Source of the DNA: an uncultured Candidatus Poseidoniales archaeon
Lineage (GTDB): Archaea; Thermoplasmatota; Poseidoniia; Poseidoniales; CAYMED01
Direction of reading: 5' to 3'
Length of the DNA: 64,000 nt
Assembly (NCBI GenBank): GCA_964389655.1
Contig: CAYMED010000004.1
Location: forward strand, 34,593 to 98,592
The notes beneath the pieces are model-generated. The model made no database searches. It worked only from the letters and a program-made list of their open reading frames with translations, and was not told the DNA's origin. Of this stretch, positions 9,846 through 19,314 are shown piece after piece; within the stretch, counting starts at the first letter, position 1; each line of letters starts with the position of its first letter. The position numbers and the translations under genes were made by a program.

Positions 9846-10733
9846 ATGGTGTTTGATGAAAATTTTTCTAACAATAGGGCAATACAGATGTGTAATTCTA
9901 TTGTCGCAGATTACATGGAGAACTGTGGCCCGAGGGGCTCTTCTTTTGGGGAACTTCGAAGAGGCCCTTTAGATTTGGAATATCAATGGGTTCCATCATC
10001 TATTGTGGAAGTCGGTGAAAACCGGGGTTCTTTCATTTTTACAACGGAGCGCCCCCGCCATGAGGTGCGAGTCTCAGGCTTTTGGGTGAGCAAATATGAA
10101 AGTGACACTGACTTGGACATTAATTTAACAGATTTCGAGGAAAAATTGCACCAAAACCCCCCAAAAGCCGGGGGTATAATTCGTCTACCAACTGAAGCAG
10201 AATGGATCTCAATTATACACCATACTGAATATCGACCTATTCCGGGGGCTTGGACAAGTGACGAATACTTTGTTCCTCGATGGGGCGCACCAATTGACGG
10301 CCGTCCCATAACTTCTTCCCGCCTAGGGAGCCCTCATATTTCGATTCAAAATCCTCCTCCATTGATCGTATTGTGGAATGGGAAAAGGGTCAAGAGGGCC
10401 CCCCTAATAATAAGAAAGAGCAATGCGAACTTCCCCAAATTTATAGTGTGGATACCAGATCCCTCATTAGATCAATCCCCCCCATTTGAAACCTTACCAA
10501 TCCGCCCATCGTCAACGGGGCGCCGAGTCAAAGAGGAATTGCTTGTCTTTCTTTTCATAGGAGCCCTTCCTTCTATGACTATAGCTCTCTATAATTCACC
10601 TGAATATGCATTGAGCCAACCCTTGAACATTCTTCTCGGAGGTTTATTTGTATCTATTTTCTCTGGCTTTATTTGGCGCCCACGGCACCCGATAATTCGA
10701 CAAACTATTTCTTTTCAAGATGAATCTGAGTGA
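9846..10733 (+). CDS. Degenerate FGE-sulfatase (SUMF1/C-type-lectin fold) domain protein with C-terminal TM hairpin
   Basis: ERPRHEVRVSGFWVSKYE and RLPTEAEW motifs; lacks the GNVxEW and RGGSW motifs; two C-terminal hydrophobic helices. Confidence 0.7.
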   Translation: MVFDENFSNNRAIQMCNSIVADYMENCGPRGSSFGELRRGPLDLEYQWVPSSIVEVGENRGSFIFTTERPRHEVRVSGFWVSKYESDTDLDINLTDFEEKLHQNPPKAGGIIRLPTEAEWISIIHHTEYRPIPGAWTSDEYFVPRWGAPIDGRPITSSRLGSPHISIQNPPPLIVLWNGKRVKRAPLIIRKSNANFPKFIVWIPDPSLDQSPPFETLPIRPSSTGRRVKEELLVFLFIGALPSMTIALYNSPEYALSQPLNILLGGLFVSIFSGFIWRPRHPIIRQTISFQDESE

Positions 10734-11491
10734 ACTCTTTTCACACAAGATTATCAATCAAAGTTGAGCCCATTATTTTGATGGCAAGTCCCCTTCCAGT
10801 TCTATTCGCTTATGCTTCTTGCCCATACTGTTGGAAAGTCCGTAGTTTGCTGAGTCATATTGGGTTGGAGTATGAACTTAGACTCGTAAACCGAATGAAA
10901 AGAAAAAAAGAATTACCAGAAGCTGATGGATGGGAGAAAGTCCCAATTTGGCAGGAAGTTGGTGGCGAGATTGTTGTTGATTCCACCCCAATTATGCGCT
11001 ATATCGATTCCAAACACAATAATGGGTCTTTATTTTCCCTTGAGAAATCTACAAATAAAGTGGACAAATGGATGACGTGGGTTGATGATGAATTGTCAAA
11101 AGCTACAGTTCCCCTGATCTATGGGTCACTTGGTAGGGCAATCAGGACTACACGACAAATACTGAAAGTCGAACGTTTTGGGTTTTTCCATCGATGGATG
11201 ATCGCTTTTGGGGGTTTTTTCGTCATGTGGTTCATTTTAGGACGTCGTCGAACAAAGAAATTACCAACAAAGCCCGAAATTTATTGGACTTCATTAATTG
11301 ATGATTGGTGCCAAGAAATTGGCACCAATCAATTTTTCAACGGTGAAAACATCAGTGGTGTAGATCTTGCTGTATTCGGTATTTTTCACTCAATTACTGA
11401 TCTCCCAGGTTCGCATATACTACCATCTCATAAATCAGGTTCAGCATGGTTTGAACAAGTTCGTCTGGGAATGAAATCATCTTTCCCCTGA
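10730..11491 (+). CDS. Glutathione S-transferase/glutaredoxin-fold protein, mPGES-2-like
   Basis: YASCPYCWKVR, KVP, DSTPI, KWMTWVDD, FFNGENISGVDLAVFG. Confidence 0.8.
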   Translation: MNSFHTRLSIKVEPIILMASPLPVLFAYASCPYCWKVRSLLSHIGLEYELRLVNRMKRKKELPEADGWEKVPIWQEVGGEIVVDSTPIMRYIDSKHNNGSLFSLEKSTNKVDKWMTWVDDELSKATVPLIYGSLGRAIRTTRQILKVERFGFFHRWMIAFGGFFVMWFILGRRRTKKLPTKPEIYWTSLIDDWCQEIGTNQFFNGENISGVDLAVFGIFHSITDLPGSHILPSHKSGSAWFEQVRLGMKSSFP

Positions 11492-11530
11492 TTCTCATAT
11501 TTTTATACCCAAGCATAAGTCATCTGATTC

Positions 11531-12667
11531 ATGAATGCGGAAAATGAGACTTGGATAAGGTCCATACCAAGCTGGGACAATCCCCTTTTTGGTACACAAA
11601 CAGGAATTCTTGTATCCCTCTTTTCCATTTTCGTGATTGGTCTCATTATTCGCTCAATTGTGATTTTTTTACTTCCTCATCTTTTTTCTCCAATCGCAAA
11701 ACGTTCGGAGAGTGTTGATGATTTTGAACTTCGTTCCCGTATTTCGTTTGGTGCTTCAGCAGCAGGTTTGGTTTGGTGGCGCTTCAATGAATTATTGCGC
11801 AAAATAGCAGAATCAGATGACATGATCCATTATCCCGAAATCCTCGCATTTTGGGTTTCATCACTTGCTCAAGCCGTCTTTCTAATTGGATTAATCATTG
11901 GTTTAATGAGGCTGGTCGATCTTGTTCAACATGCCGTAAAATATTGGGATAAGGATGGAACCCTTGATGGAACAGAAAGAACCCTGATTACGGCAGTGGA
12001 AAGTGCTCTCAGATTTACAATTTTGATAGGAGGGGTCGTGCTTCTTGCCGAAGCATTTGGTTTTGATCTCAAGACCCTTTTAGCAGGACTTGGGGTTGGT
12101 GGATTAGCAATTGCATTTGCAGCGAAAGACACGGTTGGAAATTTATTTGGTTCAGTTACTCTACTCCTTGACCGACCTTTCAGAATTGGTGATTGGATTC
12201 GTGTCGGATCTGCCGAAGGAGAAGTTATTGAAATTGGAATCAGAACAACTCAACTTCGAACAAGTCAAGATACAATCATAACTTTACCAAATGGAAGTTT
12301 AGTTAACAAAGATATCGAGAACTTTGGAAAACGCCGATGGCGGAGATATCTTCCTACATTTTACCTTGACCTCTCAAGTCCTGCTTCAAAATTAGATAAA
12401 TTTTGTAGAGGAATTGAGGATCTCATCCATTCTCACCCCCAAACGCAGAAAAAAGAAGATTCTTACGCACATATTTCTGTAATTTCCAAAGATTCATTTG
12501 AAGTAGGGTGTAATTTGTATTGGGATGTCGAAGGTGGTTTAGAGGAAAAAGAAGCAAGAGAGAAATTCCTTCTCGATGTCACACGCCTCGCAGAAAAATG
12601 CAATTTGGACTTCTTTGAACCACGCCGCCGCACCACCAATCTTGGCCCATCAAATGAATCTGAATAA
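11531..12667 (+). CDS. Small-conductance mechanosensitive channel (MscS family)
   Basis: LAGLGVGGLAIAFAAKDTVGNLFGS, DRPFRIGDWI, GEVIEIGIRTT, LPNGSL. Confidence 0.93.
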   Translation: MNAENETWIRSIPSWDNPLFGTQTGILVSLFSIFVIGLIIRSIVIFLLPHLFSPIAKRSESVDDFELRSRISFGASAAGLVWWRFNELLRKIAESDDMIHYPEILAFWVSSLAQAVFLIGLIIGLMRLVDLVQHAVKYWDKDGTLDGTERTLITAVESALRFTILIGGVVLLAEAFGFDLKTLLAGLGVGGLAIAFAAKDTVGNLFGSVTLLLDRPFRIGDWIRVGSAEGEVIEIGIRTTQLRTSQDTIITLPNGSLVNKDIENFGKRRWRRYLPTFYLDLSSPASKLDKFCRGIEDLIHSHPQTQKKEDSYAHISVISKDSFEVGCNLYWDVEGGLEEKEAREKFLLDVTRLAEKCNLDFFEPRRRTTNLGPSNESE

Positions 12668-12672
12668 GGTCA

Positions 12673-13767
12673 TCATCTCATCCTGTGAATGGTGCCATGA
12701 GCGTATTCACCCCAATACAAGTCGCCGTTTTGATGAAATGCAAGTCCCAAAGGCGTGGCTAAGTTTTCAACAACGACGGATACCTCTCCCCTCCACCCCA
12801 TTGTCGCATTTTCATCACGAATAAAGTCAACCCGAACAATTTCTTTTCCAACTGGAATGACTGAATTCCATGACCCATAATTTGTTACATACACTGTTTT
12901 ATCCCCACCGGGGAGTGACGAATTAGGTGGTCGAAAATCAATACTATTTGCTGAGGCATGTGGCTGAATAACTGCAATTGGTCCTAATGTTCCATCAGGA
13001 ATTGGCACATCAGGTGAGGTATTTGGCCACCCATAATTTCCACCTGGTGAAAGGAGGTTGATTTCTTCATAAGGGAAATCCCCCCCCCAATCTTTCCCAT
13101 TATCAGTGAATACATATCCAATATTTGGTACCCAGCAACCATCAAATGAATTTCTGACCCCAGATGCTAAAATTGTATGTTCCCCCGTCCACGGATTTAC
13201 TTCAAGTAATGCTCCATTTCTATCATCATTTTCTTCATCAGCGTTTGATGTCGACCCAGAATGCCAAATCAAAGTATCATTCTTGCTTGCAGATATTGCG
13301 TTAGTTTGGTGATTTCCAGCAGGAATTCCTTCGATGAGAAATTGCCTTTCACTTAGGCCCCAATTACTTGGCCCATCTCCGATATTTGATATATCCCACG
13401 CTGATAATTGTCCGCGTTCAGATATGAATAATCTACTGCTCTCATTTTTGGAGTCTTTCCAGACAAGGACCCCATGAGGGTCATTTAAATTCGTTAGAAT
13501 AGGAACCGGTGTTGCGAACTTATCATCTGTAGAATCGTATCTTACGGAAAAGATATTGCCACTTCGATCACAAATAAGGAGATATAAATTGTTGTACCAT
13601 TCAAGGCACGTTGGATTTCCAATTCCCTCAATGACCACTTCAATGATCATTCCATCAACCGCGCTTTGCGGCTCTGGAATTTCTAAATGTGCATGAAACA
13701 AACGAAAAAGAATCAGGCTAGCAAGAATACTGACGGCGAATATGCTGAACATGATTATTTTCTTCAT
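12673..13767 (-). CDS. PQQ-dependent sugar/sorbosone dehydrogenase family beta-propeller, N-terminally anchored
   Basis: LNDPHG, GNHQT, GSTSN...E, ASGVRN, TDNGKD, EEIN...GGNYGWP, PHAS, YGSWNS motifs; N-terminal signal/TM. Confidence 0.82.
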   Translation of the reverse strand: MKKIIMFSIFAVSILASLILFRLFHAHLEIPEPQSAVDGMIIEVVIEGIGNPTCLEWYNNLYLLICDRSGNIFSVRYDSTDDKFATPVPILTNLNDPHGVLVWKDSKNESSRLFISERGQLSAWDISNIGDGPSNWGLSERQFLIEGIPAGNHQTNAISASKNDTLIWHSGSTSNADEENDDRNGALLEVNPWTGEHTILASGVRNSFDGCWVPNIGYVFTDNGKDWGGDFPYEEINLLSPGGNYGWPNTSPDVPIPDGTLGPIAVIQPHASANSIDFRPPNSSLPGGDKTVYVTNYGSWNSVIPVGKEIVRVDFIRDENATMGWRGEVSVVVENLATPLGLAFHQNGDLYWGEYAHGTIHRMR

Positions 13768-13775
13768 TCAACCCC

Positions 13776-14399
13776 TCAAGATTTTCTCCGAATTCTTGCT
13801 GCAATCGTAATCCGAAGAAAGATCATGATTGCAGTAAGAATTACCACTATCCCAGCAGCCAGTCCAGCATATCCATCCCCCATTCCCTCACTTGTGGCGT
13901 TTATTCCCCTTACATTGAATGTGGTGATGTTCCATTTATCTCCTGAAACTTCCCCATCTCCATTTACGGAATTGACCGAAATCCGAACCTCTATCTCGAT
14001 TGTATCATCTTCCGGCCCTTTCCAAGTCAGGTTCCATTCTCTTCTTTCATTTCCTTGTAAAGTATGGGTTGCTTCTAATCCATCGTCTGTGATATGAATG
14101 TGATTTTCTACACTGTAAAGGTGACCTGTATTAACCCTGATGTTGAATCCCCCTGAAACTCCTTCCCCGGTATCAGGGCCGCCCCGAATGGATATTGTAA
14201 TGTTGTAGTCTTCATTAGATCTGAATTGATCCGGCCAACCAGTTGTTTCTATCACCACTTGATTAGATTTTGAACCATGGCACATACATCCATTTTGGAC
14301 TTCCATTCCACTTATTCCTTCAGGGCGTGCACTTAGAATTGGTGAAATAGTCAAAAGGCCAAAAACCAAGACAACATAGATCTTAGATGAATAGATCAT
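13776..14399 (-). CDS. Secreted Reeler-like (choice-of-anchor V-type) domain protein with CxCH motif and C-terminal TM anchor
   Basis: Signal peptide; GCMCHG; GGFNI; EATH; WNLTWKGP; NSVNGDG...GDKW; C-terminal TM followed by basic residues. Confidence 0.7.
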   Translation of the reverse strand: MIYSSKIYVVLVFGLLTISPILSARPEGISGMEVQNGCMCHGSKSNQVVIETTGWPDQFRSNEDYNITISIRGGPDTGEGVSGGFNIRVNTGHLYSVENHIHITDDGLEATHTLQGNERREWNLTWKGPEDDTIEIEVRISVNSVNGDGEVSGDKWNITTFNVRGINATSEGMGDGYAGLAAGIVVILTAIMIFLRITIAARIRRKS

Positions 14400-14407
14400 G
14401 TTATCCC

Positions 14408-15661
14408 TCAGAAATGCGGGTCAAATCCTTCCACTTCTTCAGCAATTCGCAATAGTTGATTGTATTTGGCAGTCCTGTCGGACCTTGCAGGGGCTCCCGT
14501 TTTAATTTGTCCACATCCACAACCAACTGCTAAATCGGCAATTGAAACATCTTCTGTCTCTCCAGACCTATGGGACATAATGGTTGAAAATCCGGCATTT
14601 TTTGCTAAACGAACCGTTTCTAATGTTTCAGTAACTGTTCCGATTTGATTTGGCTTTACTAAGATTGCATTTGCAGCCTTTTCCTCAATCCCTCTTGCCA
14701 ACCTTTCGATGTTTGTTACGAAGAGGTCGTCTCCCACAATTTGGATTCGATTGCCAGCCCGTTTTGTGAATTCCACCCATGCGCTCCAATCATCTTCTGC
14801 AAATCCATCTTCTATTGAGACAATCGGGTATTCTTCAATCCAATTCACATAAATATCCGCTAATGCGTCAGAACCAATTTTATCTCCATCGAATGAATAT
14901 GTTTTCCCGTCATAGAATTCTGAAGCAGCAACATCAAGGGCAATTGAGAGATCCGAGCCGGGGACATATCCTGCTTGTTGTATTGCGCGAACTAACATTT
15001 CAAGCCCTTTTTCATTTGTTGAAAGGTCTGGTGCAAACCCCCCTTCATCCCCAACTCCCGTCAATAGTCCTTCTTCATTTAGCACTGACCGCAATGCATG
15101 ATAGGTATCAGTTCCTGCCCTTAGAGCAGTTCCAAAATCGTCAAATCCATGGGGTATAACCATGAATTCTTGAATATCCACTCTGGTCGCTGCATGTGCG
15201 CCCCCATTGAGAATATTCATCAGTGGGACTGGAAGACTAGCTGAAGCCAAACCCCCCACATATCGCCATAATGGGATTGCAGTGGTATTTGCCCCACCAT
15301 GCAAACAAGCAAGACTTACAGCGAGAATTGCATTTGCCCCTAATTCTGATTTATTTTGGGATCCATCAAGGCTGAGAATAGTTTCATCCAGTAATTCTTG
15401 TTCAGTTACGGGCATACCAACAATCGCAGGTTGTATGACCTCCAACACATGATCAACGGCTACTTCAACGCCTTTTCCACCCCAATCCTTTCCCCCATCT
15501 CTACGTTCTACTGCCTCGTGCTTTCCAGTCGATGCCCCTGAGGGAACTGCTGCTCTTCCGGCCAAAACTCCATCAACATATACATCGGCTTCTATAGTAG
15601 GGATACCTCTACTATCGAGGATCATCCTCGCCACGAGCCCACTAACCAATCCAGTTGCCAT
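14408..15661 (-). CDS. eno: Enolase
   Basis: ILDSRGIPTIEA, VPSGASTG, GDEGGFAP, LVKPNQIGT, SHRSGETED, KTGAPARSDRTAKYNQLLRI; ATG 15661 follows a GAGGGG RBS. Confidence 0.98.
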   Translation of the reverse strand: MATGLVSGLVARMILDSRGIPTIEADVYVDGVLAGRAAVPSGASTGKHEAVERRDGGKDWGGKGVEVAVDHVLEVIQPAIVGMPVTEQELLDETILSLDGSQNKSELGANAILAVSLACLHGGANTTAIPLWRYVGGLASASLPVPLMNILNGGAHAATRVDIQEFMVIPHGFDDFGTALRAGTDTYHALRSVLNEEGLLTGVGDEGGFAPDLSTNEKGLEMLVRAIQQAGYVPGSDLSIALDVAASEFYDGKTYSFDGDKIGSDALADIYVNWIEEYPIVSIEDGFAEDDWSAWVEFTKRAGNRIQIVGDDLFVTNIERLARGIEEKAANAILVKPNQIGTVTETLETVRLAKNAGFSTIMSHRSGETEDVSIADLAVGCGCGQIKTGAPARSDRTAKYNQLLRIAEEVEGFDPHF

Positions 15662-15704
15662 ATGATCCCCTCGCATAGATGGTGCTTCAATACAATGTAT
15701 AATA

Positions 15705-16850
15705 TCATTCTAAACTAATATTTTCTAACCATTCTTCTAATTTTGACAATCCTTCTCTGATCTTTTCTTCATTTGTTGCATATGAGAGTCTGACCCATCC
15801 TTCACCATGCTCCATTAATCCCCCAGGAATTAATTGAACACGTGCCTCTTCTAATGCCCGTCTACAAAACTCTATTGAATCCATTCCTGTCTCTTCAATG
15901 TTCATAAATGCGTAAAATGCTCCTTCCAAACTCGGCGCATGAATTTTTTTCAGACGCTTTAAGTGACTTTGAACCAATTCCCTTCTTGCTGAAAAGGCCT
16001 CTATAATTTCTTGATTTAGTGATTCATCTTCCAATGCCAATGCGGCAGCCCCTTGGAGGAAAGTTGGTGCATGTGTAATTGAATTTGCTTGAACCTTTGC
16101 CACTGCATCCATTGCATCGGATGGCCCGAAAATCCATCCCAACCGCCAACCAGTCATTGCCCACCCCTTTGACCAACCCCCAATTACCATTGTTCTCCCT
16201 TTACCTCTGGGCAAGGAAGCAGGAGAAATGTGCCCTTCTTTTGTCCAAATCATTGGTGCATAGATTTCATCAGAAATAATCCACAAATCCCTTTTTTCCG
16301 CTAAACAGACAAGAGATTCCATTTCTTCCCTAGAATAGACAGCTCCTGTTGGATTATTAGGTGAATTCACCACAATCGCTGAAGTTTTTTCATTACACGC
16401 TTCTTTGATTGCCTCTAAATCAAGGTGGAGGCTTGAATTATTTACTGGGACGTGAATTGGTATAAGTCCAGAAAAGCGGATTTGAGGATCATATGATGGC
16501 CATGCAGGTGCAGGTACAATGACATTTGTTCCAGGGTCACAACACGCAAGAAATGCAGAAAGGAGGGCCTGTTTTGCCCCACTTGTGATAATTACATTTT
16601 TCCATGAGGCTTCAATTCCTTGTGGACCAAGATAGGATGCTACCGCTTTACATGTTCTTTCCAATCCCCGTGCCCGCGAGTAGTGCGTCATTCCAGTTTT
16701 TATATCTTGTATTGCAATATCTTTGATTGGCCCAGGGGTTTCCATATCTGGCTCGCCAATTGTAAATCGAATTACATCTGCTGGCGGTGGCTGGAAAAAG
16801 TGGGCAAACCCAGAACCAATTCCATCAAATCTCGCGGAGGGTTCTACCAT
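15705..16850 (-). CDS. Pyridoxal-phosphate aminotransferase class I/II (aspartate aminotransferase-like)
   Basis: IGEPD, GAKQAL, NSPNNPTG, SDEIY, SKGWAMTGWRLG, VRLSYA. Confidence 0.93.
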   Translation of the reverse strand: MVEPSARFDGIGSGFAHFFQPPPADVIRFTIGEPDMETPGPIKDIAIQDIKTGMTHYSRARGLERTCKAVASYLGPQGIEASWKNVIITSGAKQALLSAFLACCDPGTNVIVPAPAWPSYDPQIRFSGLIPIHVPVNNSSLHLDLEAIKEACNEKTSAIVVNSPNNPTGAVYSREEMESLVCLAEKRDLWIISDEIYAPMIWTKEGHISPASLPRGKGRTMVIGGWSKGWAMTGWRLGWIFGPSDAMDAVAKVQANSITHAPTFLQGAAALALEDESLNQEIIEAFSARRELVQSHLKRLKKIHAPSLEGAFYAFMNIEETGMDSIEFCRRALEEARVQLIPGGLMEHGEGWVRLSYATNEEKIREGLSKLEEWLENISLE

Positions 16851-16962
16851 TGTGCACCCTCCGGGGTTGGTTTGGGCCTCTCCCCCCTTCTAGCATCAAG
16901 GCTTCGGCTACTTACTTCCGTTACACACCGTTCAAAAGTACTTGGCGAACCGAGATATTGCT

Positions 16963-17036
16963 GCACGGGTAGCAAAGCGGTTATGCGCGGGACTGCAGAT
17001 CCTGATACGGGAGTTCGAATCTCCCCCCGTGCTCCA
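16963..17036 (+). tRNA. tRNA-Cys (GCA), intronless, with encoded CCA
   Basis: Acceptor stem GCACGGG/CCCGTGC; anticodon arm CGGGA-CTGCAGA-TCCTG; T arm GGGAG-TTCGAAT-CTCCC; U73 discriminator then CCA. Confidence 0.96.
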
Positions 17037-17083
17037 TTAAAAATAGTGATTATTTCCGTTTAATCATGCAGTTATTGCTTAAT

Positions 17084-17785
17084 TTATGGATTTAGTAGAA
17101 TGTGTCGCATTCCTTCTTTTTTTGAAAGATTCGAGAGTTTTTCCTCATTTAGTCTGACAAATTCAGAAACACTTTTTTTGGAAGTTTTCGAATATTCTCG
17201 TAATGCCCACCCTATTGCCTTGCGGATAAAAAAATCAGTATCTCCCGAGCAACGCAAACAATAGTCAAACAATTTTTCTTCGTCAGTATTTTCTTTATGG
17301 CGGTTGTAAGAAAGAATAGCAGTTCTTCGAATCCATAAATTCTCATCACTAATCCATTGACCGAGAATCTCATTCATTTTCAATTGATTTTTTGCAAGCA
17401 ATCTACCAATTAAGTGTTGAGCAATCTCATCAACAAAATCCCACCATTCCCCCTCACGAATCATTTTTTCATAGATTGGCAGTGCTTCTAGAGTGATAAA
17501 CGCGGCCCACTCCCTTGCTAGAGATATTGAAATATATTTTTCTTCACGATGTTCAAGTTCCCAAATTTCAGAGATGAATTGATTGTATTTTTTTTGACAA
17601 TCTATTGGAAATTTCTTTTTTAGCTCCTTTACAATTTTCTTTCTTTTGCCAGAGCGAACGCCATAAAACGGCATTTCTGTTTTCATATAAGCCTGCATTT
17701 GCTTGACATCCTCTGGAATTGCCGCCTCAATCAGTTTTTTTTGGATGAATTCAACAATTCCTCTCGAATCGGCGTGCTTTTCCAT
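17084..17785 (-). CDS. DNA alkylation repair protein (AlkD-like HEAT-repeat glycosylase family)
   Basis: MQAYMK...FYGV, REEKY, WWDFVD, NLWIRRTAIL, FFIRKAIGWALREYSK, LSNLSKKEG; ATG 17785 preferred. Confidence 0.9.
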   Translation of the reverse strand: MEKHADSRGIVEFIQKKLIEAAIPEDVKQMQAYMKTEMPFYGVRSGKRKKIVKELKKKFPIDCQKKYNQFISEIWELEHREEKYISISLAREWAAFITLEALPIYEKMIREGEWWDFVDEIAQHLIGRLLAKNQLKMNEILGQWISDENLWIRRTAILSYNRHKENTDEEKLFDYCLRCSGDTDFFIRKAIGWALREYSKTSKKSVSEFVRLNEEKLSNLSKKEGMRHILLNP

Positions 17786-17897
17786 ATATATCACATAAGT
17801 ATCCAATACAAGAAATGATTGCAATATTAAGAGGCATTTTCTTAATTTGACTTGCCTTCATTAATGATCTCTTAAAAATGGGGAATTTGAAATTTTT

Positions 17898-18734
17898 TCA
17901 TTCGTCCCCTACAACATTCATATTTTCAGTTAGATCAATGAAAGGAATATGCTCATCTATTTCACCACCTTCATCCCACATTTCTATCTCTTTACTATTG
18001 CCCACCCTTTCTTCTCTTCCCTTCCAAACAGCCATTTCCATTCCTAATTCCCTCATTCTTCCTTTAAGGTTTGAATGATGATATACCCCATCTTGTACAT
18101 TCATTTCTAATGGTTTGAGAATGAACCATTGATATGAGTGTTCAGCAGTCCATGAATGAAACAACCTTCTTCTTTTTTGCATCCACTTCCTCAAAAATCC
18201 ATTTGGCACAATTGCTCTTTCTGGTAATTTTTCTCCAAATAATATGATTAGAAGTGATTGTCCCATCCTCCTCAACCATTGAATTGCTGCAGTTCTAATC
18301 CGTATTTTTGCACCACGACCAAGTACATTGGTGGGAGTAAAACCAGATCGTATTAATGATGAGGCCATAGCAATTGATCGAGTACGTGCAACAAGATCTA
18401 GTGGCACTCTTTCTTTCTCTTCTCGATCTAACTGCCCTAAAGGCCGCCCGGATAAAATTGGATCTGAATTCCATCGTTTACGCACTTTTTCAACCAATAT
18501 GTGTGATACGCCCTTTCCACGAATTTTTGGGTCAACAACAACTGTTTCTAACACAACGACCCCCCCCATTCTCTTCATTTCAGCGATTCCAAGGATATGT
18601 TCCTCCTCCCGCAAAACGATTTGAACAACACCATCTTTCGGTTTCCGTTCATTTCGGTTTGGGGATCTAAGGTCAAGATCTTCAAGACAGCGTTTTTTGA
18701 TCCACCTTTCTACATCATAGTCTGCTTTCATCAC
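17898..18734 (-). CDS. GNAT-family acetyltransferase-like protein with unusual C-terminal extension
   Basis: Motif A LETVVVDPKIRGKGVSHILV. Confidence 0.7.
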   Translation of the reverse strand: MMKADYDVERWIKKRCLEDLDLRSPNRNERKPKDGVVQIVLREEEHILGIAEMKRMGGVVVLETVVVDPKIRGKGVSHILVEKVRKRWNSDPILSGRPLGQLDREEKERVPLDLVARTRSIAMASSLIRSGFTPTNVLGRGAKIRIRTAAIQWLRRMGQSLLIILFGEKLPERAIVPNGFLRKWMQKRRRLFHSWTAEHSYQWFILKPLEMNVQDGVYHHSNLKGRMRELGMEMAVWKGREERVGNSKEIEMWDEGGEIDEHIPFIDLTENMNVVGDE

Positions 18735-19305
18735 TTTCGTCCCCTGCGGGTTTCCACATTGATTGATGAATTCCTATTCCTTCAACTAGGTATGTTGGCC
18801 CATAAGGAAGCCATCCACACATTTCATAGAAATCTATGGCCCCCTTTCTTGCCTGTAACCATCCACTTCGTACTCCCCATCGCGCACATACTTCGTCTTC
18901 TAAGGCAATTAACACGCGTCTTGCATAACCTTTCCTACGGGATTCCTGAAGTGTCCCCATTTGGCGAATCTGGAATGCAGGACGCAACTCCAAAGGTGTG
19001 GGAAAATCATCCACTGCTTCGATCAATGGGATGAAAGGCGGGCATTGTGCTGATTCACTACCGGCGCGATCCGGCCCCCCTCCAAATTCGCCTTTTGGAA
19101 TGAGGTGTGCCCTCCCTACAGAACAAATCCCGTTGTTCTTTTCCTCTACCCATGCATGAATCGCAATGCCATCATCAACTAGTCGCTCACTTCCCCTTGC
19201 AAGGCCGAGAGGCTCACGTAGAGTTTTCCACCTTGTTTCATACATATTATTTGGAATATTATCCCCCGGTCTTCCGAGAACGATTCGTGCCGAAGGAACT
19301 GACAT
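18715..19305 (-). CDS. GNAT-family N-acetyltransferase
   Basis: LREPLG, QIRQMGT...RRKGYA, WLQARKGAIDFYEMCGW, GIGIHQSMWK. Confidence 0.88.
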   Translation of the reverse strand: MSVPSARIVLGRPGDNIPNNMYETRWKTLREPLGLARGSERLVDDGIAIHAWVEEKNNGICSVGRAHLIPKGEFGGGPDRAGSESAQCPPFIPLIEAVDDFPTPLELRPAFQIRQMGTLQESRRKGYARRVLIALEDEVCARWGVRSGWLQARKGAIDFYEMCGWLPYGPTYLVEGIGIHQSMWKPAGDESDESRL

Positions 19306-19314
19306 TTCCCATCC

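Noticed and set aside
16620-17063. ORFs spanning the aminotransferase start and the tRNA
   Set aside because: They overlap a well-formed tRNA-Cys and the aminotransferase; no protein motifs
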